From assembly GCA_050951545.1 (NCBI GenBank), contig JBMNJG010000003.1, positions 160,001 through 224,000 of the forward strand: a stretch of DNA of 64,000 nucleotides, given 5' to 3'. The translations under genes were made by a program, and so were the position numbers. Shown in pieces: positions 47,959 to 57,470 of the stretch (position 1 is its first letter; every line of letters starts with the position of its first letter). Under the pieces are notes generated by a model. It was not told where the DNA came from. It was given only the letters and a program-made list of their open reading frames with translations, and ran no database searches. This DNA comes from Limnochordia bacterium. GTDB taxonomy: Bacteria > Bacillota > Limnochordia > DTU080.

Positions 47959-49293
47959 TCAGACATGCCGCCATGCAGGGGGCTCGCCTCGTCGCATCCT
48001 CTCAAGCCACTGTCGGACTATACTCTCATAGCCCTTATCACCTGGCTGGTAGTACTGGGGCAGCTGTCGGCCTGGAGGACCGTACTGCTGGGCTACCCAA
48101 TTCCCTGGCACATCATGCGGGTATACGTAGCCCTTCCCATGCCCCATGTGCTTTCCATCACGGGTAGGGTCTTTCAGATGATCAGGCACATGAGCTGACC
48201 CTTGCTGCTCGATGTCACGGAGCGCACGGAAATAGGCGCCCACACTGTTGCTCTTGGGTGCCGTCGCGAGATATATCGTGACCATGGCCAGATGATACTG
48301 CGCTTCAGGCAAGCCGCACCACTCAAGAGCCTGCGCCCCAGCCGCAGCAACCACAAGCCCGCGGGGATCTGCCAAACCCACATCTTCGGCGGCTAGGATA
48401 AGTAGACGACGCATGATAAAGCGCGCATCCTCGCCCGCGTAAAGCATCTTAGCCAACCAGTACAAAGCGGCATCGGCGTCAGAGCCCCTAACACTCTTGA
48501 TGAACGCACTGATCGTGTCGTAATGCTCATCGGCACCCTTGTCATAGGACAGGGCGCGTTTCTGGATGGCCTCTCTGGCTATCTCCAGGTCGATAACTAC
48601 CTCACCATCTCGAGCTGGCGTCGTTTCCACGGCCAGCTCGAGAGCGTTCAGAGCCACTCGAGCATCACCCTCTGACCAGGTGACCCAGTGCTCAAGGGCT
48701 TCGTCATGCACGCGCACGTGACGCTCCCCATAGCCGCGCTCTTTGTCTGCTAGGGCCCGCCTCAGAAGTTCTGCCATATCTTTGTCGCTTAGGCTATTCA
48801 GCTGAAAGACGCGCAGCCTGGACAGCAAAGGCGCATTGACTTCGAAAAACGGGTTCTCGGTGGTCGCCCCGATGAGCGTCACTAGACCCTCCTCAACCGC
48901 TGGTAGCAAAGCGTCCTGCTGCGCGCGGTTGAAGCGATGAATCTCATCGACAAAGACGACAGTCCTCTTGGCGTTCATGTCACGCCGATCACGCGCCTGG
49001 TCTATGACTCTGCGTAGATCCTGAACGCCGGAGGTCACAGCGTTTAGCTGCTCAAAATGCGCCTTTGTGCGCGCAGCCACAACACGCGCCAGCGTCGTTT
49101 TCCCGCTGCCGGGAGGACCCCATAGGATAACAGACACGAGCTTATCGGCTTCGATCGCCCGCCGCAACAGAGTGCCCGGACCGACGATATGCCCTTGTCC
49201 CACAAGCTCATCCAGGTCGCGGGGCCGCATGCGTACAGCAAGGGGCGCCTGACGAGCAGCATCCGCCGCTCCAGCACTCGAGAATAGATTCAC
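47959..49293 (-). CDS. rarA: Replication-associated recombination protein A (RarA/MgsA)
   Basis: PLA.RMRP, WGPPGSGKTT, DEIHRFNRAQQD, ATTENP, ISAFIKSVRGSD, PKSNS. Confidence 0.96.
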   Translation of the reverse strand: MNLFSSAGAADAARQAPLAVRMRPRDLDELVGQGHIVGPGTLLRRAIEADKLVSVILWGPPGSGKTTLARVVAARTKAHFEQLNAVTSGVQDLRRVIDQARDRRDMNAKRTVVFVDEIHRFNRAQQDALLPAVEEGLVTLIGATTENPFFEVNAPLLSRLRVFQLNSLSDKDMAELLRRALADKERGYGERHVRVHDEALEHWVTWSEGDARVALNALELAVETTPARDGEVVIDLEIAREAIQKRALSYDKGADEHYDTISAFIKSVRGSDADAALYWLAKMLYAGEDARFIMRRLLILAAEDVGLADPRGLVVAAAGAQALEWCGLPEAQYHLAMVTIYLATAPKSNSVGAYFRALRDIEQQGSAHVPDHLKDPTRDGKHMGHGKGYVYPHDVPGNWVAQQYGPPGRQLPQYYQPGDKGYESIVRQWLERMRRGEPPAWRHV

Positions 49294-49324
49294 ATAAGGA
49301 CCCTCCACCTACTGGCGCCCATAC

Positions 49325-51121
49325 CTAGACCGAGTCCTTTACACGGGCCTCCGGCGCAAGCCGAATATGCAGCTCACGCAGTTGGGCTTCCGCCACCCGT
49401 CCAGGAGCCTGCATCATAAGATCAGTGGCGCTTTGGGTCTTTGGGAAAGCAATGCAGTCCCGAATCGAGTCTCGGCCTGCCATCAGCATCACCATGCGAT
49501 CAAGCCCCAGAGCGATGCCGCCATGCGGAGGTGCCCCATACTGCAACGCTTCGAGCAGGAATCCGAATTTCTCCTGCATCTCACTGTCGCTAATACCCAG
49601 CACCTCAAAGACTCGAGCCTGCAGCTCTGTACAGTGAATGCGGATGCTACCCCCGCCCAGCTCTACGCCGTTCAGCACAAGATCATACGCCTTGGCCCTC
49701 ACTTTGCCGGGGTCTGAGCTCAGGAGCTCCACATCCTCATCGACCGGACACGTAAATGGATGGTGCGCTGCGCTCCACCGTCCCGTCTCCGCTTCCCGCT
49801 CCAATAGCGGCCACTCGGTGACCCAGGCAAACTTGAACTGTGTGTGATCGATCAGCCCAAGTCTCTCACCCAGGTACAGGCGCAAACGTCCCAGAGACTC
49901 TGCGACCATCTCTCTTGGACCAGCCACGAGACAAAGCAGGTCGCCTGGCTCAGCAGAGAAGACTCGGATAAGACTGCCGATCTCCTCCGCGGTGAGAAAC
50001 TTGGCCACAGGCGAGCGTAAATCGCCGTTTTCACCGACCACCATCCAGACAAGTCCCTTGGCTCCATACGGAGTGACCACGGCCTCTAGCTGGTCGATCT
50101 CACGCCGCGGCCAGCGACCTGCCCCCTTGGCGTTGATCCCCTTGACCTGGCCACCTTGTCTCACCACATTTGAGAATACTCGAAAAGCACACCCGGCTAC
50201 CTCTTCCGATACATCCACCAAAGGCAGCCCAAAGCGCAGGTCTGGCTTGTCCGAACCATAAAGATCCATGGCATCTTGCCAGCTAATGCAAGGAATGGGT
50301 AACTCCACTTGCACGCCGATGGTGTGGGCGAAGACCTGCGCCACCATGCGCTCCACAAGCCGCATGACGTCTGTCCGTTCTACGAAGGACATCTCACAGT
50401 CAATCTGAGTAAACTCAGGCTGCCGATCAGCACGCAGATCCTCATCGCGAAAACAGCGCGTGATCTGGAAATAGCGCTCGAGCCCTCCCATCATCAGTAA
50501 CTGCTTGAACAGCTGCGGCGATTGGGGAAGAGCAAAGAACTCTCCAGGATGTACCCTGCTCGGTACCAGATAGTCACGCGCGCCTTCCGGCGTTGACTTG
50601 GTCAACATCGGAGTCTCAATCTCTAAAAACCCAGCTCCATCCAGGAAATCCCGTACGGCCTTGACGACCCGATGGCGCAGAATCAGCGTCTCTTGCATCT
50701 CAAAACGACGCAAGTCAAGATAGCGGTACCGTAAGCGGAGCATTTCGTCCACTTCGTTGGCCCGGGAATCCAACTGAAATGGCGGAGTCTTCGCCTCGTT
50801 GAACACAGTGAGAGCGTCGACCAAGACCTCGATATCACCAGTAGCCAGATTGGGATTCTCCATGCCTTCTAGGCGTCTTGTGACTTCGCCCTCAACCATC
50901 AGCACATGCTCATTTCGCAGTCTCTCAGCCCGCTCAAAAACAGCCCCGCCCCGCTCAGGGCTGAAGACCACTTGCACGATACCCCACCGATCGCGCAGAT
51001 CAACGAAGATCAATCCCCCGTGATCGCGCCGTCGATGGACCCACCCTGCTACTTTGACCCGTTGCCCGACATGTTCGACCCGCAACTCGCCACATACGTG
51101 GCTACGCATACTCTGCTCCAC
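49325..51121 (-). CDS. aspS: Aspartate--tRNA ligase (probably non-discriminating)
   Basis: RRDHGG, STPEGARDYLVPSR, LPQSPQLFKQ, FRDEDLRADRQPEFTQ, GAPPHGG. Start moved to GTG 51121 after AGGAGG. Confidence 0.98.
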   Translation of the reverse strand: MEQSMRSHVCGELRVEHVGQRVKVAGWVHRRRDHGGLIFVDLRDRWGIVQVVFSPERGGAVFERAERLRNEHVLMVEGEVTRRLEGMENPNLATGDIEVLVDALTVFNEAKTPPFQLDSRANEVDEMLRLRYRYLDLRRFEMQETLILRHRVVKAVRDFLDGAGFLEIETPMLTKSTPEGARDYLVPSRVHPGEFFALPQSPQLFKQLLMMGGLERYFQITRCFRDEDLRADRQPEFTQIDCEMSFVERTDVMRLVERMVAQVFAHTIGVQVELPIPCISWQDAMDLYGSDKPDLRFGLPLVDVSEEVAGCAFRVFSNVVRQGGQVKGINAKGAGRWPRREIDQLEAVVTPYGAKGLVWMVVGENGDLRSPVAKFLTAEEIGSLIRVFSAEPGDLLCLVAGPREMVAESLGRLRLYLGERLGLIDHTQFKFAWVTEWPLLEREAETGRWSAAHHPFTCPVDEDVELLSSDPGKVRAKAYDLVLNGVELGGGSIRIHCTELQARVFEVLGISDSEMQEKFGFLLEALQYGAPPHGGIALGLDRMVMLMAGRDSIRDCIAFPKTQSATDLMMQAPGRVAEAQLRELHIRLAPEARVKDSV

Positions 51122-51132
51122 GCTTGGACCTC

Positions 51133-52404
51133 CTAACACAACTCGGCACGTAACCGATCTACCACTGCGGTGAGGGACATCTCCTCTTGGACTCCGCTCG
51201 CCATGTCGCGCACCTGCACAACATCGCGCGAGAGCTCGTCTTCGCCGCAAATGACTACACGCGCAGCGTGTGCACGTGCTGCCGCCTTCATCTGAGCCTT
51301 CATACTGCGTTGTAGATAATCAGTGTCAACGACAAGTCCCGCCTGCCGCAGTACATGCACAAGGGCAAGAGCCCGCCCCCGCCACTCATTGTCAAACGCA
51401 ACGACGAAGACGTCGACACCGCCCACCGATGGAGCCTGAATTCCCTGCTGCTCCAGCGCTAGAATTGCCCGCTCCATGCCAGCAGCAAAGCCGACTGCGG
51501 GCGTGGGCAGACCACCACATTCCTCCACGAGGCCATCGTAACGCCCTCCGCCCACGAGGGCCGACTGCGCTCCCAAATCGAGGCTTTCCACTTCAAACAC
51601 TGTCTTCGTATAGTAGTCGAGTCCCCGCACTAGCAGGTCGTTCAACACATAGCTGATGCCTAGCTCATCGAGATAACCCCGTACCGTGTCGAAGTGCCCA
51701 CGACATGCATCACACAGATAGGCCACCGATCGCGGCGCACCCTTAGCAGCATCTTGACATTCCGTGGCCTTACAGTCAAGAATACGCAGCGGGTTCTTGT
51801 CGTAGCGTTCATGGCATGTGCGGCATAGCTCACCAAGTCTCGGCTTCAGATAGACACGCAACGCCTCTTTGTACGCTGGCCTACACACTTCGCAGCCAAT
51901 GCTGTTGAGGTGCACAAGGAAATTGGCGAGCCCTAATCGACGAAAGATCTCAATGGACATGGCGATCATTTCCACATCCAAAGCAGGGTCTTGACTACCG
52001 AGAGCCTCTGCTCCCAGCTGATGGAACTGTCGATACCTACCAGCCTGCGGCCGTTCGTAGCGAAAAATGGGCCCTATGTAAAACAGCTTCACAGGCTGAG
52101 GCCCACTGTTCAGATGATGCTCAAGATAGGCCCGCACGACAGCTGCTGTCCCCTCAGGTCGCAGTGTCAAGCTGCGCTCCCCGCGATCCAAGAAAGTATA
52201 CATCTGCTTATTTACTACATCGGTAGTCTCACCGATACCACGCTCGAAAAGCTCTGTGTGCTCGAAGATGGGCGTCACGATCTCTGCATACCCAAACTGC
52301 TGAAACACGTTGCGGGCAACCTGCTCAAACCACTGCCATCGTTCCACCTGTCCGGGAAGCAGGTCTGTTGTGCCTCGCGGTGCTTTTACCAACATTTCGG
52401 TCAC
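51133..52404 (-). CDS. hisS: Histidine--tRNA ligase
   Basis: LRPEGTA, FRYERPQAGRYRQFHQ, LVRGLDYY, GGGRYDGL. Confidence 0.98.
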   Translation of the reverse strand: MTEMLVKAPRGTTDLLPGQVERWQWFEQVARNVFQQFGYAEIVTPIFEHTELFERGIGETTDVVNKQMYTFLDRGERSLTLRPEGTAAVVRAYLEHHLNSGPQPVKLFYIGPIFRYERPQAGRYRQFHQLGAEALGSQDPALDVEMIAMSIEIFRRLGLANFLVHLNSIGCEVCRPAYKEALRVYLKPRLGELCRTCHERYDKNPLRILDCKATECQDAAKGAPRSVAYLCDACRGHFDTVRGYLDELGISYVLNDLLVRGLDYYTKTVFEVESLDLGAQSALVGGGRYDGLVEECGGLPTPAVGFAAGMERAILALEQQGIQAPSVGGVDVFVVAFDNEWRGRALALVHVLRQAGLVVDTDYLQRSMKAQMKAAARAHAARVVICGEDELSRDVVQVRDMASGVQEEMSLTAVVDRLRAELC

Positions 52405-52420
52405 ATCCCCAGTTGTTTAC

Positions 52421-52448
52421 AGGAAGGCCCGCTGAAGCGGGCCTTCCT
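52421..52448. repeat. Perfect inverted repeat between the PPIase gene and hisS
   Basis: AGGAAGGCCCGC-TGAA-GCGGGCCTTCCT, a 12-bp stem with no U-tract on either strand. Confidence 0.7.
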
Positions 52449-52498
52449 TCATCAGAGTATCATAGACCAACGACCTGGACCGTAAGAGGCCGTATCTG

Positions 52499-53944
52499 TT
52501 ACCTGCCCTTGGCTTCCCCTTCGGCCAGTTTCCTCTCAAGCTCAGCCTGTTCTTGGGCCTGCTTCTCGTACGCCTCGCGCTGCTCTTGCATGAGCTTCTG
52601 AATCGCGATTAGCTTGTTCTCTTCATCCTTAGCGTCCTTTTCCAGTCCCATACTGCTAAACAACTGCAAGAGCGCGAGGTGAAGCTGGAAATCCATGGGG
52701 TCGAGCTCTGAAGCGCGTCTGAACTGCTCCGCAGCCTCAATATCCCGGTCCTTCTCCCGATAGGCTAGGCCCAGATAGAGGTAGATCTCCGGATCGTTGC
52801 CCCCTATGCCAACGGCCTGCTCAAACTCGCTGATCGCTTGGTCGACGTCATCAAGTTGCTGATAGACGCGACCCAAAGCTACGTGCAGATACGGATTGCC
52901 TGGCTCCTTCAGAATCGCCTCTTGGTACTGAGACACTGCCTGGGGCAACTGGTTATTCAGCACGAACTGCTGCGCACGTAACGACGGATCTGTCACGTCG
53001 ATACGGGCGTCTGCGCGTACTTGACTGAACCACTCGTTAAACTGCTTAGCGGCTCCTTCCTCTTCCAGCCGCTTCCTGATGTCATCTTTTTCCTTCTCAA
53101 AATCAGATCCGGTGGCTTCCTTGCGCCCTGTCACCTTGATAATGTGATAGCCAAACTGGCTCTTGACAGGTTCACTGATCTCGCCCACTTTGAGACTGAA
53201 GGCCGCATCCGCAAACTCCTTTACGAACCCGGAGTCGCGGGAGAAGAAATCAAGATCGCCACCTTTGTCCTTTGTGGCTGTATCGGCAGAGTGCTTCTTG
53301 GCCATCTCGGCCAGACTCTTACCGCCTCGAATCTCCGCCAGCACTTTCTCTGCCTGCAGCTTGGCCTGATCCCAATTCTCACCTTCAGGCTTGATAAGAA
53401 TGTGGCTGGCACGCACCTGCTCGTAGGCCATCTTCACATCCTCATCGGTGATCTCAAACTCTGACTTTTTCTCTTGGAGTGCCTTGATGGCGAGATTGTC
53501 ACGTATGTGCCCGCGAAGCTGGCGTTCGGTTAGCTTATTCTCTCTTAGCTTCGCTTTGAAGTCGGCATCTGATTCAAAGCCTTCTTTTATGGTCTGAAGC
53601 TCAGCCTCGATATCCTTCTTGCTTACCTTGATACGGTTTTTCTTTACTTGCTGCAGCATCAGCTTCTGATTGATCAGCTGCTGCAGCGTTTGGAAACGCA
53701 CCTCATAGGCTTCGGTTCCCGATAGTGTACCTTGATACATCTCGTAGAATCTGAGGTTGTTCAGAAAGGCCTCATTTAACTCTTCATAGGAGATAGCCTG
53801 CCGGTTCACCTTGGCCACGTAGGAAGGTTGTCTGCCTCGACCAAAAATGCCTGGCCCTCCTACATATAGCAAGGTGACTGCAAAGGCCACGACTATCAGG
53901 ATGATGATGCCCTTAGTCTTATTGCGCAGAGTGCGGAACACCAT
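52499..53944 (-). CDS. Membrane-anchored SurA/PpiD-like parvulin PPIase with C-terminal TPR repeats
   Basis: N-terminal TM, SurA-N region, VRASHIL, S.D...KDKGGDL.F, FVKEF, SQFGYHII, then TPR helices (EPGNPYLHVALG, DPEIYLYLG). Confidence 0.85.
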   Translation of the reverse strand: MVFRTLRNKTKGIIILIVVAFAVTLLYVGGPGIFGRGRQPSYVAKVNRQAISYEELNEAFLNNLRFYEMYQGTLSGTEAYEVRFQTLQQLINQKLMLQQVKKNRIKVSKKDIEAELQTIKEGFESDADFKAKLRENKLTERQLRGHIRDNLAIKALQEKKSEFEITDEDVKMAYEQVRASHILIKPEGENWDQAKLQAEKVLAEIRGGKSLAEMAKKHSADTATKDKGGDLDFFSRDSGFVKEFADAAFSLKVGEISEPVKSQFGYHIIKVTGRKEATGSDFEKEKDDIRKRLEEEGAAKQFNEWFSQVRADARIDVTDPSLRAQQFVLNNQLPQAVSQYQEAILKEPGNPYLHVALGRVYQQLDDVDQAISEFEQAVGIGGNDPEIYLYLGLAYREKDRDIEAAEQFRRASELDPMDFQLHLALLQLFSSMGLEKDAKDEENKLIAIQKLMQEQREAYEKQAQEQAELERKLAEGEAKGR

Positions 53945-54046
53945 AAGCGCGGTGCCTCCCAACTATTATTGAGAAAATGAGTGCGCCAGACGCACGCCTA
54001 CAGAATGGGAAACCGGATCAGCTGTGTGCTTAGCGTTGCCTAACCC

Positions 54047-54076
54047 ATTGTACTGGACACCGCAAATAAGTGTCAA
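54047..54076 (-). promoter_or_regulatory. SigA promoter of the PPIase-hisS-aspS unit
   Basis: TTGACA-18 bp-TACAAT. Confidence 0.75.
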
Positions 54077-54138
54077 CGAAATGGCCTTCCGCTTTTTGCT
54101 TTTCACAGGCAATATTGGCATATTCCGCCCGAGCTTCA

Positions 54139-54609
54139 CTAGACAAGGTTGCCCTTCTCAGTCTCGAGCAGAATCGTAACCGGTCCATCGTTGACCAGCA
54201 TCACCTGCATATGTGCCCCAAAGACCCCCGTAAGCACTTGCATCCCTGTTGCCCGTAGCTCAGATACAAACCGCTCATACAATTCACAAGCCATGTCGGG
54301 TTCGGCAGCCGCCGTGAAGCTAGGGCGCCGTCCCTTGCGGCAATCGGCATATAGAGTGAACTGCGAGATCGCCAACACCTGGCCGCCCACGTCCCTAAGA
54401 GAAAGGTTCATCTTTCCCTCATCGTCAGCAAAAACACGCAAGTCGACTACTTTAGCAGCCAAAAGCTCCGCGTCGCGAAACGTATCCTCATGCGTCACCC
54501 CCACCAACGCCACAAATCCGCTCTGGATGGTCTGTTGATTCAGCGCGCGCCCACAATCCTCCTGCACTGAGACACTGGCCGAAGCGACGCGTTGGAGCAG
54601 TACACGCAC
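54139..54609 (-). CDS. dtd: D-aminoacyl-tRNA deacylase
   Basis: QRV..ASV, LRVF.D..GKMN, SQFTL, GRRPSF, NDGPVT. Confidence 0.97.
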   Translation of the reverse strand: MRVLLQRVASASVSVQEDCGRALNQQTIQSGFVALVGVTHEDTFRDAELLAAKVVDLRVFADDEGKMNLSLRDVGGQVLAISQFTLYADCRKGRRPSFTAAAEPDMACELYERFVSELRATGMQVLTGVFGAHMQVMLVNDGPVTILLETEKGNLV

Positions 54610-54656
54610 AAAGATACCTCCTAGAGAGTTCGTGTTACGCTGGGTTGTCGCCCAGG

Positions 54657-56879
54657 TCAGGTGGGTCTGGCTCTGTACACACTTTCCACGCCATCGACCT
54701 TCCGAATGCGTCGCATGACGCTCTCCATGTGGCTCACATCCTTGGTACTTACGATCAGATCGATAATCGCAATGCGGCCTTTTGTGGTCCGAGCATTGAC
54801 AGACGCCACGTGCGTACCGCTGTCGTTGATAGCATCCATGACCCCCGTAAGGAGGCTCGGACGATCCAACGCCTCTACCTCGATCTCAGCTTGGTACCAC
54901 CCTGTTTCACTTGTGTTCCAGCTTACCCCGATTTTCCGAGCGCTGTCGTCAAGGCTCTGAATGTTGGGGCAGTCAGATCGGTGTACGGATACCCCACGAC
55001 CGCGAGTGACATAGCCGGTAATCGCGTCTCCCGGCACTGGATTGCAGCACCTCGATACCCTGACCAGGAAGTTGTCCATACCTTTGACGAGAATCCCATT
55101 TTGTGAGCGCTGCGGCCGCTCGGTTTGCCTGGCTTGGCGCAGCCGACGCCGACGCTGTTCGTACTCTCGCCGACCAAGGAGCCCAGCCAACACTTGCGAG
55201 ACCGTCACTGCTCCGAAACCAACGCCCGCATACAGATCGTCGATACTTGAGAAGCCGTAGCGTCTCAGTACATCCTGCACCCTATCAGTTCGCAAGGACT
55301 CTTTCGCATCAAGGTCGAAACGGCGCAGCTCTTTCTCTAGAACCTCCCTACCGCGTGCCAGTGCCTCTTCACGGCGTTGCTCCTTGAAAAACGAACGAAT
55401 CTTGCTGCGCGCCTTTGATGTCTTGACAAAGCTGAGCCAGTCCTGCCGAGGAGAAGCAACCTTGCCCGTAAGAATCTCTACGAAGTCACCGTTGGCCAAC
55501 TCTGTATCAAGTTGCACCAATCTGCTGTTTACCTTAGCACCGGTGCAACGCATGCCTATGTCGGTATGCACACTGAAGGCGAAGTCAACTGGGGTGGAGC
55601 CAGCGGGCAGCGATTTCACGTCGCCTTTTGGAGTAAAGACAAAGACCTCGTCCTCAAAAAGATCGATTTTCAGCGTCTCCATGAAGTCTTGTGGGTCTTT
55701 CATCTCCCACATCCACTCCATGAGCTGACGCAGCCATGCCACTTTCTTCTCGAACTCGGCCTCCGCACGCCCCTCTTTATACAACCAATGGGCAGCGATG
55801 CCTCTTTCGGCCACGCGATGCATCTCTTCCGTACGAATCTGCACCTCGAGTGGCTCTCCTCGAGGCCCAATGACAGTCGTATGCAAAGACTGATACAGAT
55901 TTGATTTGGGCATGGCGATGTAATCTTTGAACCGCCCGGGGACGGGTTTCCATAGAGAATGAACCAGGCCCAATGCTGCGTAGCAGTCCTTGACAGAGCG
56001 AGTGATGATGCGCACAGCCATGAGATCATAGATCTCTGACAGGTCGCGTTGCTGCCCCTTCATCTTCTGGTAAATACTGTAGAAATGCTTTGGGCGGCCC
56101 TGTAAGGCCGCCAGTCCCACACCGACCTCCTGCAGCTGCGACCGCAGGGTCTCCATCACTTCCTCAATTTCGCCGTCGCGAGCTTGGCGCTTTTTCGCGA
56201 CCCTAGCTACCAGATCGGAGTATCCAGCGGGATCCAGTGCGCGCAGCGCCAGATCCTCCATCTCCCACTTGATGCTCCACATACCCAGGCGGTGTGCCAA
56301 AGGAGTGTAGATCTCCAGAGTCTCTCGCGCAATCTTCCTCTGACGTTCGGGGGTCAAAGCGGTCAGGGTACGCATGTTGTGCAGGCGGTCAACCAGCTTG
56401 ATGATTACCACCCGCAAGTCATCCGCCATCGCCAGGAACATCTTGCGCAGAGACTGTGCCTGTTGCTCTTCCTTGCTCTGGAAAGGGATGCGCGTGAGCT
56501 TCGTCACTCCGTCGACAAGACTCGTGACATCGGCACCGAAGGCCGCCTCCAGTTCGTCTCGCGTGACCGTGGTATCCTCCAGTACATCATGCAGAAGGGC
56601 CGCGGCCACCGTAACCACATCCAGCTCCATGTCGGCCAAAACACAGGCTACTTCAAAAGGGTGCTGGAAATAGGGCTCCCCTGATTCGCGTACCTGCCCG
56701 TCGTGAGCCTCGGCAGCGAAGCGAAACGCTTTCGAAATGAAGGCGAGCTCGTCGTGGCCGTGCAGTCGCTGCAGCTTATCCAAGAGCAGCGCCATATCCG
56801 CACTAGAGAACACCTGTGGTTGCGGGGAGTCGGTTGATATATAGCTCACACCACTCACTCCCGGGAAAAAACCCGTCAC
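54657..56879 (-). CDS. relA: Bifunctional (p)ppGpp synthetase/hydrolase Rel
   Basis: LLHDVLEDT, DRLHNMRTL, RFKDYIA.PK.N.YQSLHT, TGS (FTPKG), CC.PVPGD, ACT domain. True start may be GTG 56849. Confidence 0.97.
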   Translation of the reverse strand: MTGFFPGVSGVSYISTDSPQPQVFSSADMALLLDKLQRLHGHDELAFISKAFRFAAEAHDGQVRESGEPYFQHPFEVACVLADMELDVVTVAAALLHDVLEDTTVTRDELEAAFGADVTSLVDGVTKLTRIPFQSKEEQQAQSLRKMFLAMADDLRVVIIKLVDRLHNMRTLTALTPERQRKIARETLEIYTPLAHRLGMWSIKWEMEDLALRALDPAGYSDLVARVAKKRQARDGEIEEVMETLRSQLQEVGVGLAALQGRPKHFYSIYQKMKGQQRDLSEIYDLMAVRIITRSVKDCYAALGLVHSLWKPVPGRFKDYIAMPKSNLYQSLHTTVIGPRGEPLEVQIRTEEMHRVAERGIAAHWLYKEGRAEAEFEKKVAWLRQLMEWMWEMKDPQDFMETLKIDLFEDEVFVFTPKGDVKSLPAGSTPVDFAFSVHTDIGMRCTGAKVNSRLVQLDTELANGDFVEILTGKVASPRQDWLSFVKTSKARSKIRSFFKEQRREEALARGREVLEKELRRFDLDAKESLRTDRVQDVLRRYGFSSIDDLYAGVGFGAVTVSQVLAGLLGRREYEQRRRRLRQARQTERPQRSQNGILVKGMDNFLVRVSRCCNPVPGDAITGYVTRGRGVSVHRSDCPNIQSLDDSARKIGVSWNTSETGWYQAEIEVEALDRPSLLTGVMDAINDSGTHVASVNARTTKGRIAIIDLIVSTKDVSHMESVMRRIRKVDGVESVYRARPT

Positions 56880-57394
56880 TCATCATAGATCACGAGGGAG
56901 AAGATCTCCCTATCTCCCAACCGTTCTCGTCCTCCTAAGAACCCCAGCTCAACAAAGAAAGCACACCCAGCCACAACGCCACCAAGCTGCTCTATGAGGT
57001 CAGCCGCCGCGGAAATCGTGCCACCGGTAGCCAACAAATCATCGACGAGCAACACACGCTGACCAGGGCGAATGGCGTCGCGGTGAATCTCCAGCGCGTC
57101 CGTGCCGTACTCTAGCGAATACTCGATGCGCAGCTTCTCAGCAGGCAACTTGCCTGGCTTGCGGATGGGCACCAAGCCCAACCCCATCTCATACGCCAAC
57201 GGAGCACTGAAGATAAAGCCGCGCGACTCAATACCCGTCACGATATCTATGTCCTGATCCGTATAATGCCGAGCCATCTCTTGCACTACATAGCGCAAAG
57301 CTTGGGCGTCTTTAAGGACAGTCGTGATATCCTTGAAGCTCACACCTGGTTTTGGAAAATCGGGAATTACCCGTATCAGCCGCTGCAAGTCCAT
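56876..57394 (-). CDS. apt: Adenine phosphoribosyltransferase
   Basis: IPDFPKPGVSFKDIT, ESRGF, RKPGKLP, VDDLLATGGT. Confidence 0.98.
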   Translation of the reverse strand: MDLQRLIRVIPDFPKPGVSFKDITTVLKDAQALRYVVQEMARHYTDQDIDIVTGIESRGFIFSAPLAYEMGLGLVPIRKPGKLPAEKLRIEYSLEYGTDALEIHRDAIRPGQRVLLVDDLLATGGTISAAADLIEQLGGVVAGCAFFVELGFLGGRERLGDREIFSLVIYDE

Positions 57395-57470
57395 TTTCGA
57401 CGCCTACCTCCACCAGCCAATGTCATTGTGAACCCGACGTACTGTTTGCGCAGCAATTCGTTTATTCTTC

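Noticed and set aside
49294-49324. 6S RNA downstream of aspS, as in Bacillus
   Set aside because: The gap is only about 30 nt, too short to hold it.
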